In this document: piece by piece, positions 30,159 through 40,767 of the stretch
How positions within the stretch are numbered: position 1 is the stretch's first letter
How the letters are laid out: each line of letters begins with the position of its first letter
Source: a virus
Lineage: Duplodnaviria; Caudoviricetes
Length of the DNA: 64,000 nucleotides
Virus record (IMG/VR): IMGVR_UViG_3300037493_000871
Location: 1,571 to 65,570 of that record
Direction: 5' to 3' (one strand)
Made by a program: the position numbers and the translations under genes
The notes under the pieces: model-generated
What the model was told of the DNA's origin: nothing
Seen by the model: only the letters and a program-made list of their open reading frames with translations
Databases searched by the model: none

Positions 30159-33100
30159 ATGCCACTTTATCGCATCACAGCACCCAACGGACAAACCTAC
30201 CAAATAGAAGGCCCAGAGGGGGCAAGTGATGCGGATGTGGCCAATGCGGTCATGGCACAGCACCCCGGCGCAGGGGCTGCGGCCCCCAAACAAGCTCCGT
30301 TCTCCCTCAAAGATACCGCAGTTGCGGCAGGGCAAAGCGCTCTTGGTGCAACCAAATCTATTGCTGAAGCGTTTGGTGCGGGCAACGCCCCCGCTGAGTA
30401 CCTTGAGAATCTCCAGAAAGGTTTGGGCACATATCTTTCCCCAGAAAGGCAAGCTGAGCAGCAGCGCCGCGCTGAAATGGAAAAAGCCGCTGCCAAATCG
30501 GGCTCCGCGCTCAACGAAGTTGGTACCTATCTGGGCGGCGTAAAAGAAGCCCCAATTCAAACCGTTGCGCAAGGCGTGGGGTCTATGGCCCCAACAGTTC
30601 TATTGGGCATGGGCGCTGCCGCTGCCGGTGCTGCATTGGGTGCCCCAGCCCTTCTGGCCGGCGGAGTTGGGCTTGGGGTCAAATGGTTGGCGGGTGCCCT
30701 ACAGGGGGCGGGCGAAATCAAAGGTTCTGTGTACGACGCGGTTCGAGAAGGGCTGGAACAGCAGGGCATGTCTTCTGCGCAGGCAAAGACTCGGGCCCGC
30801 GAAGCTCAAAATTACATCGGTGAAAACTGGGGGACGATCGCTGCGGGCGCGGGCCTTGGCGGTGTTGCTGCAGGTACCGGAGCTGAACAAGCGCTGCTTA
30901 GCAAGTTTTCCAAACCCGTGGCTGCCAAAGTCGCTGCCCAGATGGGCGAGGAAGCCGCGCTCAAAGAAGCCGGCAAGGGCACAATTCGCAAGTACGGTGA
31001 AGCCGCGCTCAAGGAAGCAATTCCAGAAGGTGCGCAAGGCGGGCAAGGGCAATACGCCGAGAACGTAGCGATGACTCGTGCGGGTATGGCTACTCCGGCA
31101 ATGCAAGGCGTGTTGGGGGCTACTGCGCGTGACGCCGCCATGGGGTCCTTGGCCGGCGCTGCTGTTCGTCCGTTTACGGGGCCTGATTCTTTTGATGCAA
31201 TGGGTAATCTAACAGCAGCAAAACCGCCTACACCGGAAATACAGCCCGGCCCACAACTCACTCCCGAAACTCCTGCAGGTACGCAGGGTGCGTTGTTCAC
31301 GCCCGAAGAGATGGGCCCCGCAGTCAAAGCCCCCGCGGTTACGCCTGAACCGGCTCCACAAACCAAAGCACTGCCCGGCCAGCAAGACCTCGGCCTAGAC
31401 TTTGCCCGCACAGCGGAAGATGCCACACTGGAGCGCGAACGCCTCAAGCAGCAGCCGCAAACCCCAGAGGTCAAGGCCCGCATTGACGATCTCAACGCTC
31501 AGTTGTTGCTGTCTACTCAAAGCGAAGTGGAAGCAATCCGCGCCGATAAAGAGCGTACGGCTGCCGATGCCGAACAAGAAGCCAAGGCCCGCAAGAAGTT
31601 CCCCGGGTTGGCCAACGCACCTGATTTGATGGCCGCCCCTGATGTGGTCAAAGCTCGCACGCAAGGTGAGTTGTTTCCCGCCGAAGAATTGGGCGGCGAG
31701 TTTGCGGGCCCACAAATTCCTGCTGACGCAAAGATTCCAGAGCCGACGCTCAAAGAGAAGAAGCCCCTGCAGTACAAGATGCCGCTGCGCACTGTGCAGG
31801 AAGGCCGCACTCCGAACCGCGACTTGACCATCCCGGCCCGCCCCGGTGAAATTACTTTGCAGAATTTGCAGGACACTGGCGTGCCTATGCGCACCTCAAA
31901 GACTTGGCTGGAGCAGAATGTTATTGGCAAAACCGTGCCAGAAATTCAACGTCTTGTTGACAAAGACCCCACCCTTACTGTGGGCCCGGGCCAACGCGCC
32001 AAGATGCTGCGAGAATTGCTCGCCCCACAACCTACAACTTTTAAGGAGCCCCCAAGTGTCACGACCCCTACCGCGCCGCCTGCAGTTGAGCAAGGAAATC
32101 AGCCCCGAGCAGGTGAGCCAAGCTTGGGAGTTCCTAGTGAGCCTGCAGCCCCCGTCGTCGCTGAACCCGTACCCGGAACACCCGGACCCACCGGAGAGCC
32201 TGTCGCACCTGTCGGAAGCGGATTGGTACCTGCTGGACGGCCTGCTGGCGAGGGAAATGCTCCTCAAGGAAGCCAGCCGGCTGCAGTAAAACTTTTCGAC
32301 CGCATTGGTCTCCCCGAAGGGCCGGCACAAGCTAATGCGGCTAACCAGCCGCTTGATGTGGATGATGCTGTATTACTGAAAAAAATGATTGTCAAAACCG
32401 TGGAAGATGGTTTGGCATCAGGAAAAACACGCCAACAAATTGCGCAGCAGTTGGAATCGTTGACTAAAGGCGGGATTAAGCCGTCGGACTTCAACCGTAT
32501 CCATGATTACTTAACTGAGCAGGGAGTTACAGAAACTCCGCAGAAGCCGGCGGCCTCAACTGCACCGGATGTTGACTCGATCAAATCGTTCCCTGCCGGC
32601 CCATCCCGCATTACCCCCACGGTCATCGCCCGGGACAAACCAACGTACACGGAAACCAACGCTGCGGGGTTGGAAGACTTGGCTCGCTACGACAAACAGT
32701 TTGAATACTCTGGCGCATTTGTTTCGGACAACCCAGACCTTGCCTTAGGTCAAGGGGACAACACTGGGGTGTTCATTGAGTTCCGCCCCAATTCAATCAG
32801 CGGCCAAGTTCATGCCAAGCTAGGTACGTCTCCTGCTACGGGGCAAGAGTACAAATCCGATGTGGTCGCTCCGAAAGCAATTAATGTAGTGACAATCAAA
32901 GACCCCGCAGGATTTAAACCGGGGCCTATGGCCACTCGCCTTCTACGGGCCGAATTTGATAAAGCTACATTACCAGATGGGTCGGTGCAGTACACCCGCA
33001 AAGGCGTCACCGCAACCAAAGCACTGCCAATTACACAAGCCCCTACCGCTGAAGACCTCCATACACAAGTACGTGCGTTAGAAACTGAGCAACAAGCTTT

Positions 33101-36100
33101 GCTTACCAAGGCAGGGCGTGTACCTGCGGTAAATTCCAAAGCCCGTGATAAATGGGATGCGCTTGGCGAACAAATCGTACAGAAAAAAGCAGAGCGTGAT
33201 GCGCTCGATAGAATTGAACGTACTGCAAAGAAAACCAATGCACCTAAAACCACACCACCAACGCAAGCTCGTAAGCCTGCTCCTGCACCTGCCGCTCCCG
33301 CAGCGCCTCAAACACCATCTTCTGCTGTCGCTGCTGAAACTGTAGCCGAAGAGGCCGCACGCAAAGCCGAAGCTGACGATTTCAAGCGCCGTCTGGAAGC
33401 CGTGGAGCGCAAGCAGAAAGAAACGCCGCCTGCACCTAAAGCAGAAGCGCCCAAGGCCGAGAAGGCTACGCCCAAAGAAATCCCTGAGAAATTGCGGGAG
33501 CCTATTGGCACGTCTGAGTTTGGCATGGAAGAAGGCCAGAAGGAAATCTTGCGCGGCCCACAAGGCATGCTGTTCCCGATGTCCAAGCGTGAAGAGATTG
33601 AATACGCTGAGCGGAAACAACCAGAGGAACCCAAGGAAAAACCCAGCGCGGCTATGCCTGCAAGACAACTGGAGTTGGACTTTACAAAAGCCCCGGAAAA
33701 GGCGGACCGACTTGCCGTAGAGGCAACATGGTCTGATAAACACCAAGGGGGCACTCGCCAGATCGTGTACGAAGATAACGAAGTTGCGTTGTTGCGGGCG
33801 CTGAATATGCTTCAGGAACCGGTTTATGTTGCAGTCAGTCGAGCCGGACAAGTAGCGTCACGTTCGCTCGGTTCTAAGTTGTCCATGCAACCTACGTGGT
33901 TGACTTCTGAGCAAGAAAAACGGTTGCTTGCCGCTAGGGACGTTGCAATTGCAAAAGAAGCTGAACTGGCGAACACCTATGTCAATGGGCCCTTTACTGC
34001 CGAAAAGCTTGTTGTGGCCACAGATACCGTGGGCCCCAAAATGGAAGGGTACGCCAAAAACATCATGCAGTCTTTGGGCTTAGGGCACATTCGGTTGTTT
34101 ATTTACAACGCGCCAAAAGCAGATGACGCCGGGTACGTAGACCGCTACAAGCTGTACGGCCCGCTGGCTCGCCTTATCAAAACTCAAAAGGAACGCTTAA
34201 ATGGGTCTGCCGCGCCAATCGGCAAAGATACTTACGCGGTCTATATTAACCCTAAGCTGAGTGAGTCCCGGGCAATAGAAATTTTGGCACACGAGTTGGG
34301 GCACATTGTGGAACTGACGGCGTACGACAACGCCGATGCCGCAACCCGCAAAGCCATCCAAGATGAATATTTGGCATGGCGAAAGCAAGCGAAGCTGGCT
34401 ACCAACAGCGAGTTGATGCACATGCTGCGTAACCGCGAAGACGCTGAAGACAACGCCCGAGTTGCTGCGATCAACAAAGAGGAAGATTTGCTGGCGGCGC
34501 AAACATTGAAAAATTTTGACACCTACTGGACGTCCTTCAGTGAATGGTTTGCGGATAACGTGTCGCGTTGGGCTACCACCAACGAAAAGCCGTTGAGCAT
34601 TGCAGACAAGTTCTTCTCCAAAGTAGCGCAAATGATGCGGGACTTGGTGGCTATCACCACGGGCCGCAAGTACCCCCCTGCTAAATCCGTTGCCGATTTC
34701 TTGAACACAATAGGCCCCGCTAACTTCGCCCCACAAGCAAGCATGGGGGTACCCCTCAATGCGCCCGTAAAAGAACAGTTTTCCGTGTCTGCCGGCACCG
34801 AGTCCCTCGTGGACTCCATGGGCCCACTGGATGCCCAAGACAAGTCTGGGTTGAGCAAATTGATTACGGGCGTGAAGGCCAACCCAGATGTGGATTACGT
34901 CACCAAGTTCCGCACGCAGACTGCCGACATTGCCGCAACGATTGAACAGCGCTTACGCAACAAGTTTGACGGCGCTGTGCGCGACTCACTGGGCAACATC
35001 AACCCCATGGGCTTGTACCGTCAAGCGCAGGATTACTCCAAGATGCTGCTGGAATACTTCCAGACCGGCACGTTGTCCAAAGACCCCACAACTGGTTTGT
35101 GGAAGTCCGGCATGGGCAAGGGCGTGCGCCCACCATCAGAGGTCTACGCGCTGATCGACAAGTGGGCTGAGAAGAACGGCTACACCCGCGAACGCGCAAC
35201 GCAGATCGCAAGTCGTGTCCTCGAAGGTGTTCGTCTAGATGGCATGCGGACTTCCAACAAGACCGGCGCTACGAACTTCAAGCTGCATTTGAACGACGCC
35301 GAGATCGACCAGTTGTTGCGAGAATACAACGCAGACCCGGACCTGAAGGAAATGAGCAAGCTCATGGACGAGGCCCGTATTGCAATGGTGGACAACTTGG
35401 TCAAGGTGGGCCGGCTTACCAAAGAACAAGGCGCTGAGTGGAAATCCGTCGTAGGCTACGTGCCGTTCGATCGTATTGAAGACTTTGCTACCAAGTACAG
35501 TTCCGCTAAGAAGATCAGCACCAAGGGCTTGTCCCAGCTCGGCAAGTTGCCCGAGTTGATTGGCTCCGATGTGCGCCCTGTTGGCAACGTGTTTGACAAC
35601 TACATCAACACCCTTGGCTGGATGGTCGGCCAGACCTTGAAGACCGATGCCACTGTGCAGACCCTGCGGGCGCTGGAAGACATTGGCCAAGCCAAATACT
35701 TGGGTCGTAGTTCACAAACAAAACCCAACACGGTCGGTGCCTACATTGACGGGGAGATGATGTACTGGGAGCTGCCAAGCAAGTACGACTTGATGGCGTT
35801 CAAAGACCTGACGGCACCAAAAGCCGGCTGGATTCGCGCCATGGGTGAGTTCTCCAATGTGTTGCGTAAGAGCGTCACTGTGCTGCCTCCCTTTGCCTTG
35901 AAGCAGGTCACTGATGACGTGCAGCGAGCCATCCTGACTTCCGGTGTGAAGAACCCCGGCGCGTTGATTCGCATGTCGCTGACCAACTTTGGCGGTATGG
36001 CATGGGCTGAGCTGCGGGGCATCCAGCACCCATCGGTCAAAGAGTTTGGTGCCTTGGGCCTGACTGGTGAGTATGACTTCCAAGCAGGCAAGCCTGCCGC

Positions 36101-37397
36101 CTCATTGCTCAAGGACTTGGGCTACAAGAAGCGCGGCAAGTTTGAAGCTATTCTGCACCGGCTTGACGGCATCACACGCGCCTCGGACTTGGCAGTGCGC
36201 AAGGCCATCTACGACCAGACCCTCAAGGAAGGCGGCGACACGCTGTTGGCGCAGACCCGGGCCCGAGAGTTTATCAACTTCCGCCGCCGCGGTGCCAACC
36301 AGTTTATTGGCGATATGGTCACGACCATTCCGTTCTTTAACGCCTACATACAAGGTATGGATGTGCTGTACCGTGCAGCCTCCGGCAAAGACTCTAGCTC
36401 GTCGGTCGATCGGGCCCAAGCCCGCCGTATGTTCTGGAGCCGCGCCAGCACAGCGTTCATGCTGAGTTCCCTGTATGCGTTGGGTAAGGATGACGACGAC
36501 GAAGACTACAAAGAGATGGACCTGCGCACACGCGATAGCAACTGGATTCTTCCGGGCGGCTACAAGATTCCTGTGCCGGGCGAACTGGGCGCAGTCTTCA
36601 AGGTCATCCCCGAACGCATCGTGGAATACATGCGCCGCCAAGGCACGCCAGAAGAGCAGACTGCATTTGAAGCCGTGCGCACCACACTGAGCTACATGTT
36701 TGAACAGTACCTTGGCCGTGTGGTGCCTGTGCCGCAAGCCATCAAACCTGTAATAGAAGCGTGGGCAAACAAGTCGTTCCTGACTGGCCGGGCATTGGAA
36801 GGTTTCCACCATCAAGCCATGGACCCCAGCATGCGGGTAACGGAGCAGACTTCGGAATTGGCCAAAGCCATTGCAACTTTCAGCCGCGATACGATCGGAG
36901 TGGAGACTTCCCCCATCATGATTGACAATGCATTGCGCGGGTACTTTGGCTCTTCGGCTGCCATGGCCACGATGGTCACGGATAGCTTGCTCAACCCAAC
37001 GCGAGTCGATCGCCCACTGCATAAATACGCACTGCTCAGCAACTACTTGTACGACCCAGTGGGCACACGCCGCATGACGGAGTTCTACGAAGAACGCGAG
37101 AAAGTTGGCAAGGCAAACACCACGCTGAATGACTTGATGAAAACTGACTTGCCCCGTGCCGAGCAGTATGCCAACGACCACCAAGACGAGTTGATGCTGG
37201 AGAGCTCAATCAACTCCACGCTGAATTACTTGGAAGGGACCCGGGCGTACCGCAAGTTCTTGAACAGCCCAGAGGGAGCCAAAGAAATGGACGCTGACGA
37301 ACGCGAAGCCGCACTTAAAGAAGTCAAGTCCATGGAAGTGGAATACGTCAAGTGGGTGCGTGAAGCCAAGGCTGAACTGGCCAAAGCCCAGCGTTAA
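30159..37397 (+). CDS. large polyvalent-type internal protein with zincin motif and LPD38-like C-terminus
   Basis: 2412 aa; AHELGH plus downstream EWFAD; C-terminal INF.RRG...IPFFNAYIQG...KIPVP.ELG..FK pattern. Confidence 0.7.
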   Translation: MPLYRITAPNGQTYQIEGPEGASDADVANAVMAQHPGAGAAAPKQAPFSLKDTAVAAGQSALGATKSIAEAFGAGNAPAEYLENLQKGLGTYLSPERQAEQQRRAEMEKAAAKSGSALNEVGTYLGGVKEAPIQTVAQGVGSMAPTVLLGMGAAAAGAALGAPALLAGGVGLGVKWLAGALQGAGEIKGSVYDAVREGLEQQGMSSAQAKTRAREAQNYIGENWGTIAAGAGLGGVAAGTGAEQALLSKFSKPVAAKVAAQMGEEAALKEAGKGTIRKYGEAALKEAIPEGAQGGQGQYAENVAMTRAGMATPAMQGVLGATARDAAMGSLAGAAVRPFTGPDSFDAMGNLTAAKPPTPEIQPGPQLTPETPAGTQGALFTPEEMGPAVKAPAVTPEPAPQTKALPGQQDLGLDFARTAEDATLERERLKQQPQTPEVKARIDDLNAQLLLSTQSEVEAIRADKERTAADAEQEAKARKKFPGLANAPDLMAAPDVVKARTQGELFPAEELGGEFAGPQIPADAKIPEPTLKEKKPLQYKMPLRTVQEGRTPNRDLTIPARPGEITLQNLQDTGVPMRTSKTWLEQNVIGKTVPEIQRLVDKDPTLTVGPGQRAKMLRELLAPQPTTFKEPPSVTTPTAPPAVEQGNQPRAGEPSLGVPSEPAAPVVAEPVPGTPGPTGEPVAPVGSGLVPAGRPAGEGNAPQGSQPAAVKLFDRIGLPEGPAQANAANQPLDVDDAVLLKKMIVKTVEDGLASGKTRQQIAQQLESLTKGGIKPSDFNRIHDYLTEQGVTETPQKPAASTAPDVDSIKSFPAGPSRITPTVIARDKPTYTETNAAGLEDLARYDKQFEYSGAFVSDNPDLALGQGDNTGVFIEFRPNSISGQVHAKLGTSPATGQEYKSDVVAPKAINVVTIKDPAGFKPGPMATRLLRAEFDKATLPDGSVQYTRKGVTATKALPITQAPTAEDLHTQVRALETEQQALLTKAGRVPAVNSKARDKWDALGEQIVQKKAERDALDRIERTAKKTNAPKTTPPTQARKPAPAPAAPAAPQTPSSAVAAETVAEEAARKAEADDFKRRLEAVERKQKETPPAPKAEAPKAEKATPKEIPEKLREPIGTSEFGMEEGQKEILRGPQGMLFPMSKREEIEYAERKQPEEPKEKPSAAMPARQLELDFTKAPEKADRLAVEATWSDKHQGGTRQIVYEDNEVALLRALNMLQEPVYVAVSRAGQVASRSLGSKLSMQPTWLTSEQEKRLLAARDVAIAKEAELANTYVNGPFTAEKLVVATDTVGPKMEGYAKNIMQSLGLGHIRLFIYNAPKADDAGYVDRYKLYGPLARLIKTQKERLNGSAAPIGKDTYAVYINPKLSESRAIEILAHELGHIVELTAYDNADAATRKAIQDEYLAWRKQAKLATNSELMHMLRNREDAEDNARVAAINKEEDLLAAQTLKNFDTYWTSFSEWFADNVSRWATTNEKPLSIADKFFSKVAQMMRDLVAITTGRKYPPAKSVADFLNTIGPANFAPQASMGVPLNAPVKEQFSVSAGTESLVDSMGPLDAQDKSGLSKLITGVKANPDVDYVTKFRTQTADIAATIEQRLRNKFDGAVRDSLGNINPMGLYRQAQDYSKMLLEYFQTGTLSKDPTTGLWKSGMGKGVRPPSEVYALIDKWAEKNGYTRERATQIASRVLEGVRLDGMRTSNKTGATNFKLHLNDAEIDQLLREYNADPDLKEMSKLMDEARIAMVDNLVKVGRLTKEQGAEWKSVVGYVPFDRIEDFATKYSSAKKISTKGLSQLGKLPELIGSDVRPVGNVFDNYINTLGWMVGQTLKTDATVQTLRALEDIGQAKYLGRSSQTKPNTVGAYIDGEMMYWELPSKYDLMAFKDLTAPKAGWIRAMGEFSNVLRKSVTVLPPFALKQVTDDVQRAILTSGVKNPGALIRMSLTNFGGMAWAELRGIQHPSVKEFGALGLTGEYDFQAGKPAASLLKDLGYKKRGKFEAILHRLDGITRASDLAVRKAIYDQTLKEGGDTLLAQTRAREFINFRRRGANQFIGDMVTTIPFFNAYIQGMDVLYRAASGKDSSSSVDRAQARRMFWSRASTAFMLSSLYALGKDDDDEDYKEMDLRTRDSNWILPGGYKIPVPGELGAVFKVIPERIVEYMRRQGTPEEQTAFEAVRTTLSYMFEQYLGRVVPVPQAIKPVIEAWANKSFLTGRALEGFHHQAMDPSMRVTEQTSELAKAIATFSRDTIGVETSPIMIDNALRGYFGSSAAMATMVTDSLLNPTRVDRPLHKYALLSNYLYDPVGTRRMTEFYEEREKVGKANTTLNDLMKTDLPRAEQYANDHQDELMLESSINSTLNYLEGTRAYRKFLNSPEGAKEMDADEREAALKEVKSMEVEYVKWVREAKAELAKAQR

Positions 37398-37690
37398 TAG
37401 AGCCGCCACACCCTGACACCATACCGCCCGTACTCGCAACGGGCGTGTATCTCTGTCTTAAAGCCTAACTGCTCGAAGGTGTATGCCAGCACCTCCTTGA
37501 CCTGCGAAGGCGTGGCTGTGGTGGGAATAAAGAACGAGTAGCCGTACCCCACTCTGCGCCAGTCAATGTAGTACTCGACGCCGTGTATCTCAAATACACG
37601 GATATCGTTACGGTGTCGGTGCCGAGAAGGCGGTTTGGTCGATTCCAATTGCTTCCCCATCAAAGATGTAGCAGCGCACTGCAAGACCAC
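37394..37690 (-). CDS. hypothetical protein (start uncertain)
   Basis: IDW...G.SFFIP...YGVRVWR; last gene of the - strand arm. Confidence 0.55.
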   Translation of the reverse strand: MVLQCAATSLMGKQLESTKPPSRHRHRNDIRVFEIHGVEYYIDWRRVGYGYSFFIPTTATPSQVKEVLAYTFEQLGFKTEIHARCEYGRYGVRVWRLY

Positions 37691-40451
37691 TCAAGCTACC
37701 TATGGCACCTGCGCCAATACGAACAGTGACGGACTTGCCATCATGCTTGACAATACCGGCCCGGGCCATCCGTGCCAGACTTTCTTTCACGTCCACCTGA
37801 CGCGCAGAGAAGTGCTTGCGGAACTCGGCAACAGTTACCATCAACTCCTTGGTATCAGGCTCGTAGCGCATCTTGAGCTGGCCCTTGGGGGACTGGATAG
37901 GAGCTGAAGGAATAGCGCCGCCACCTTTGACCGGCTGGTTGATGACCAGTGCATTGTTGACGTTCTCGTTGATGAACGAAGCCAGTGTTTCCTGTGCAAC
38001 CAGCAGCAAGTCACCAACCTCATTGCGGGTAGCCAGACGCGCTTGCTGTGTGAACTCAACGGCAGCGCGGTACACACGGTTGATGTCAATGTCATGCAGT
38101 CCTAAGGACTGTGCAATCTTAGCGCCCACAAACGCACAGGTCAGCAAGCATGAGTAGTAGCGATCGGTTTGATCGAACCCCAGCTCCTTGTCGATCTTGG
38201 CTTGCATGGTGTACAAGGCATCCTGCACCGCAGGTAAATTCTCCATGACGTACTGGATGAAGATAGGCCCCGCCAAACCGTAGTTGTCGTTGAGCTTGGC
38301 AAACACCACATCAATCTCAGCCTTGGAGTGACCCGTATAGACTTGCAAAGAGATTTCAAGTAGCCGGCGCAGCTCCCCATCTGCGGTGCTTTTGAGTTGT
38401 TGCAAAGCATCAACGACTGAGGCATTACCGGAGGTGATTGTGAAGTTGCACCATGAGGTAGAGTTTGAACGCAGCTTGTTTGTCTGCGACTCCATGCGGT
38501 GCTTGCCGCGGCCAGATGTAAACCCATATGCGTAGTCGGACAGAACCTCGGGCTTGTCGTTTGTAATCTCGTCCACCGTAAACACAAGGCTGTTCATCAT
38601 GCCAAGCATGTGCATCTTGGATGCGTACGTGTCTTCCTTCTTCATCAGCAGATCATCGGGGTGTCCGAAGATCGAGTTGGCTACCATCTGCGCAGTGGAC
38701 TTGCCAGAGCCGGACCCGTTGTGCTTCAAGTGAACCTGCGCCCCCTTGACTGCCTTGCCGCCAATGAACTTCAACAGGGGTGAGCCGAACGCAACAAACA
38801 GTGAAAAGGCATGTGCCTCCAGCCCGGGGTTGTTGTAGAAGTTGGCCACCTGCTTCCACTCTTCCAAAGAACCAGTGGGCTTAAACGCCGAGGCCAGTTG
38901 ACGTGTGCCGCTTGCAGGGGGAGCCAGCTTCGCGCCATTGACGGTGTACTCCAGCTCACCAACCACAAAGCCAAGCGTGTCGGGGGTCCAGCCCATCTGA
39001 CTGCGGGTGCGGTTAGCGGAGAACTGGGTCTGAAGTTTTCTGATCGTAGATGCAAAGTAAGCCATAAGAGCGTCCAATTGTTTGCCGTAAGCGACAACTC
39101 CGTGTTTGATAAGGAGGTCGCGCATTTTGTCCTTCGTGAACAACGTAGTAATCGGCGCGTAGAAACGGCGTACGCCGTCCTTCCTCATATGCAGGTTGAT
39201 GCCAACCATCTCGCCGTCACCCTCCCCGTCCATTGAGAAGTCGTAGAACCGTTCGGTTAGATACAGGTCATACGGGTAGATTTCAATGTCAATCTCTTGC
39301 TCCCCATCCGCTGCTTTCTCCTTGCGGTACACGCCGCCATTTGCGCCACGGAAGTACGGGTATGGGTACGCCGGAATGGTCATCGTCAGCGCCGGAGCTT
39401 CTTCGTCTGCCGGGGTTTCAATGATGTACTGGTCATCATGTACCGGCGCAGCAGGCACGATGCGGCCAAGCAACAATGGCGAGCTGACACTGTGCGGGCA
39501 TTCGGCACATTGCGCTGGGTTATTGTCTTTGTACCAATTGCAGGTGTACGGGCCTTTGGTCTCCGCGGCCTTAGCCTCCGTAGTTTCAGCGGTGTATCCG
39601 GGATGCGAAGACGACACACGGTGGATAGCCTTGGCCCCATCTTCACACCGAACAGCAATGGACAAGATACCGCGCCACAGCGGCTCTTCCAAAGTATGCG
39701 CGTTCTGCATAGCATGCTTGATCTGCCCGCAGCCCTTATCCGCAAGGGAGAGTTTCACGATCTTCGTGAAGTTGCACGTAGGGTACTCCCCACCTGCCAA
39801 GTCCCGGCTGGCCTCGTCCATACCAAACTGTTTTGCAGCAGACAGATCAATAGGCGGTGGGGGCAGGAGCTTGGTGAACTCCTCAAGCGAGACTGGTAAG
39901 CCAGTCGCAATAATTTGTACGGGGCGGCTTGTGTTGTTCTTAAAGTTGTGAGTGCCGGGGACGCGCAGGATACGTGCTGCGTCTGCAGTTACCGCTGGGT
40001 CTGCGTAAAGGTTGTTCTGAGCGCACAGGCGCTTCAAAGACTTGGCATACGGCTGCCAAACGGCCACAGGGACGTCTTCGGTCAATGGCCAGTACACATG
40101 CAGCCCACCACCGGAATTGACCAGTGTAGGGCTTGGGAGCCCGGTTGCTTGCAGGAATGCAGCTACCGCTTGCGCAGCAGCAGGTTGATCGACGTAGGGC
40201 TTGCCAGTGCCGCAGTCAAGGTCAAGAAAAAAGGAGCGGAGGAATGCAGCGTTATCCACTGTCCGCGCTGACTTGTCGTTAAACGTAGCCAAAGCGAAAT
40301 ACGCATCCACTCCCTGCGAATCGAGCGCAGTGCTTACAGCATCTACGTCATCAACCGACCCATGAAACGTCTGCCGAACGGTACCTGCGCGAATACCGAC
40401 TGTGCAATACGTCCCTTGAGTGGGCAGTACAGAGTTGAGAAAATCAGTCAC
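37608..40451 (-). CDS. primase-helicase (N-terminal primase, DUF927-like region, P-loop)
   Basis: FLDLD and SGGGLHVYW primase motifs, RILRVPGT, GSGSGKST Walker A, VDE; GTG start with SD GAGG. Confidence 0.85.
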   Translation of the reverse strand: MTDFLNSVLPTQGTYCTVGIRAGTVRQTFHGSVDDVDAVSTALDSQGVDAYFALATFNDKSARTVDNAAFLRSFFLDLDCGTGKPYVDQPAAAQAVAAFLQATGLPSPTLVNSGGGLHVYWPLTEDVPVAVWQPYAKSLKRLCAQNNLYADPAVTADAARILRVPGTHNFKNNTSRPVQIIATGLPVSLEEFTKLLPPPPIDLSAAKQFGMDEASRDLAGGEYPTCNFTKIVKLSLADKGCGQIKHAMQNAHTLEEPLWRGILSIAVRCEDGAKAIHRVSSSHPGYTAETTEAKAAETKGPYTCNWYKDNNPAQCAECPHSVSSPLLLGRIVPAAPVHDDQYIIETPADEEAPALTMTIPAYPYPYFRGANGGVYRKEKAADGEQEIDIEIYPYDLYLTERFYDFSMDGEGDGEMVGINLHMRKDGVRRFYAPITTLFTKDKMRDLLIKHGVVAYGKQLDALMAYFASTIRKLQTQFSANRTRSQMGWTPDTLGFVVGELEYTVNGAKLAPPASGTRQLASAFKPTGSLEEWKQVANFYNNPGLEAHAFSLFVAFGSPLLKFIGGKAVKGAQVHLKHNGSGSGKSTAQMVANSIFGHPDDLLMKKEDTYASKMHMLGMMNSLVFTVDEITNDKPEVLSDYAYGFTSGRGKHRMESQTNKLRSNSTSWCNFTITSGNASVVDALQQLKSTADGELRRLLEISLQVYTGHSKAEIDVVFAKLNDNYGLAGPIFIQYVMENLPAVQDALYTMQAKIDKELGFDQTDRYYSCLLTCAFVGAKIAQSLGLHDIDINRVYRAAVEFTQQARLATRNEVGDLLLVAQETLASFINENVNNALVINQPVKGGGAIPSAPIQSPKGQLKMRYEPDTKELMVTVAEFRKHFSARQVDVKESLARMARAGIVKHDGKSVTVRIGAGAIGSLSGLAVRCYIFDGEAIGIDQTAFSAPTP

Positions 40452-40473
40452 ATAGCCTCGTAGGGTAACTGGG

Positions 40474-40510
40474 AAAGAAAAAGGGACGACGGCCTTAAAC
40501 CATCGTCCCC
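40474..40510 (-). terminator. intrinsic terminator upstream of primase-helicase
   Basis: GGGACGATGG...CCGTCGTCCC-TTTTTCTTT on - strand. Confidence 0.7.
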
Positions 40511-40518
40511 CGAGGCGA

Positions 40519-40767
40519 TTACTTGCGCTTAGAAAGACGCGAAACAATCTTGGGCATAGCTGCCCGATGACGAGGGTGCGGCACCGTTCTTCCCGTCATC
40601 CAGTTGTACACCGTAGCGCGGGTCACACCAAAGAAACGTGCAACTTCCGTCATCGGAATACCTTTGTTGATGCAAACATCAGCCAGCAGCATAACTACCG
40701 GCGTCTGGTCTGCATCTTCAACTTTCTGAAGGAAGAGGGAGTCGTACCCCCTTTGCCTATTAAGCAT
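40519..40767 (-). CDS. Cro/XRE-like HTH protein
   Basis: MTEVARFFGVTRATVYNWMTG. Confidence 0.8.
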   Translation of the reverse strand: MLNRQRGYDSLFLQKVEDADQTPVVMLLADVCINKGIPMTEVARFFGVTRATVYNWMTGRTVPHPRHRAAMPKIVSRLSKRK

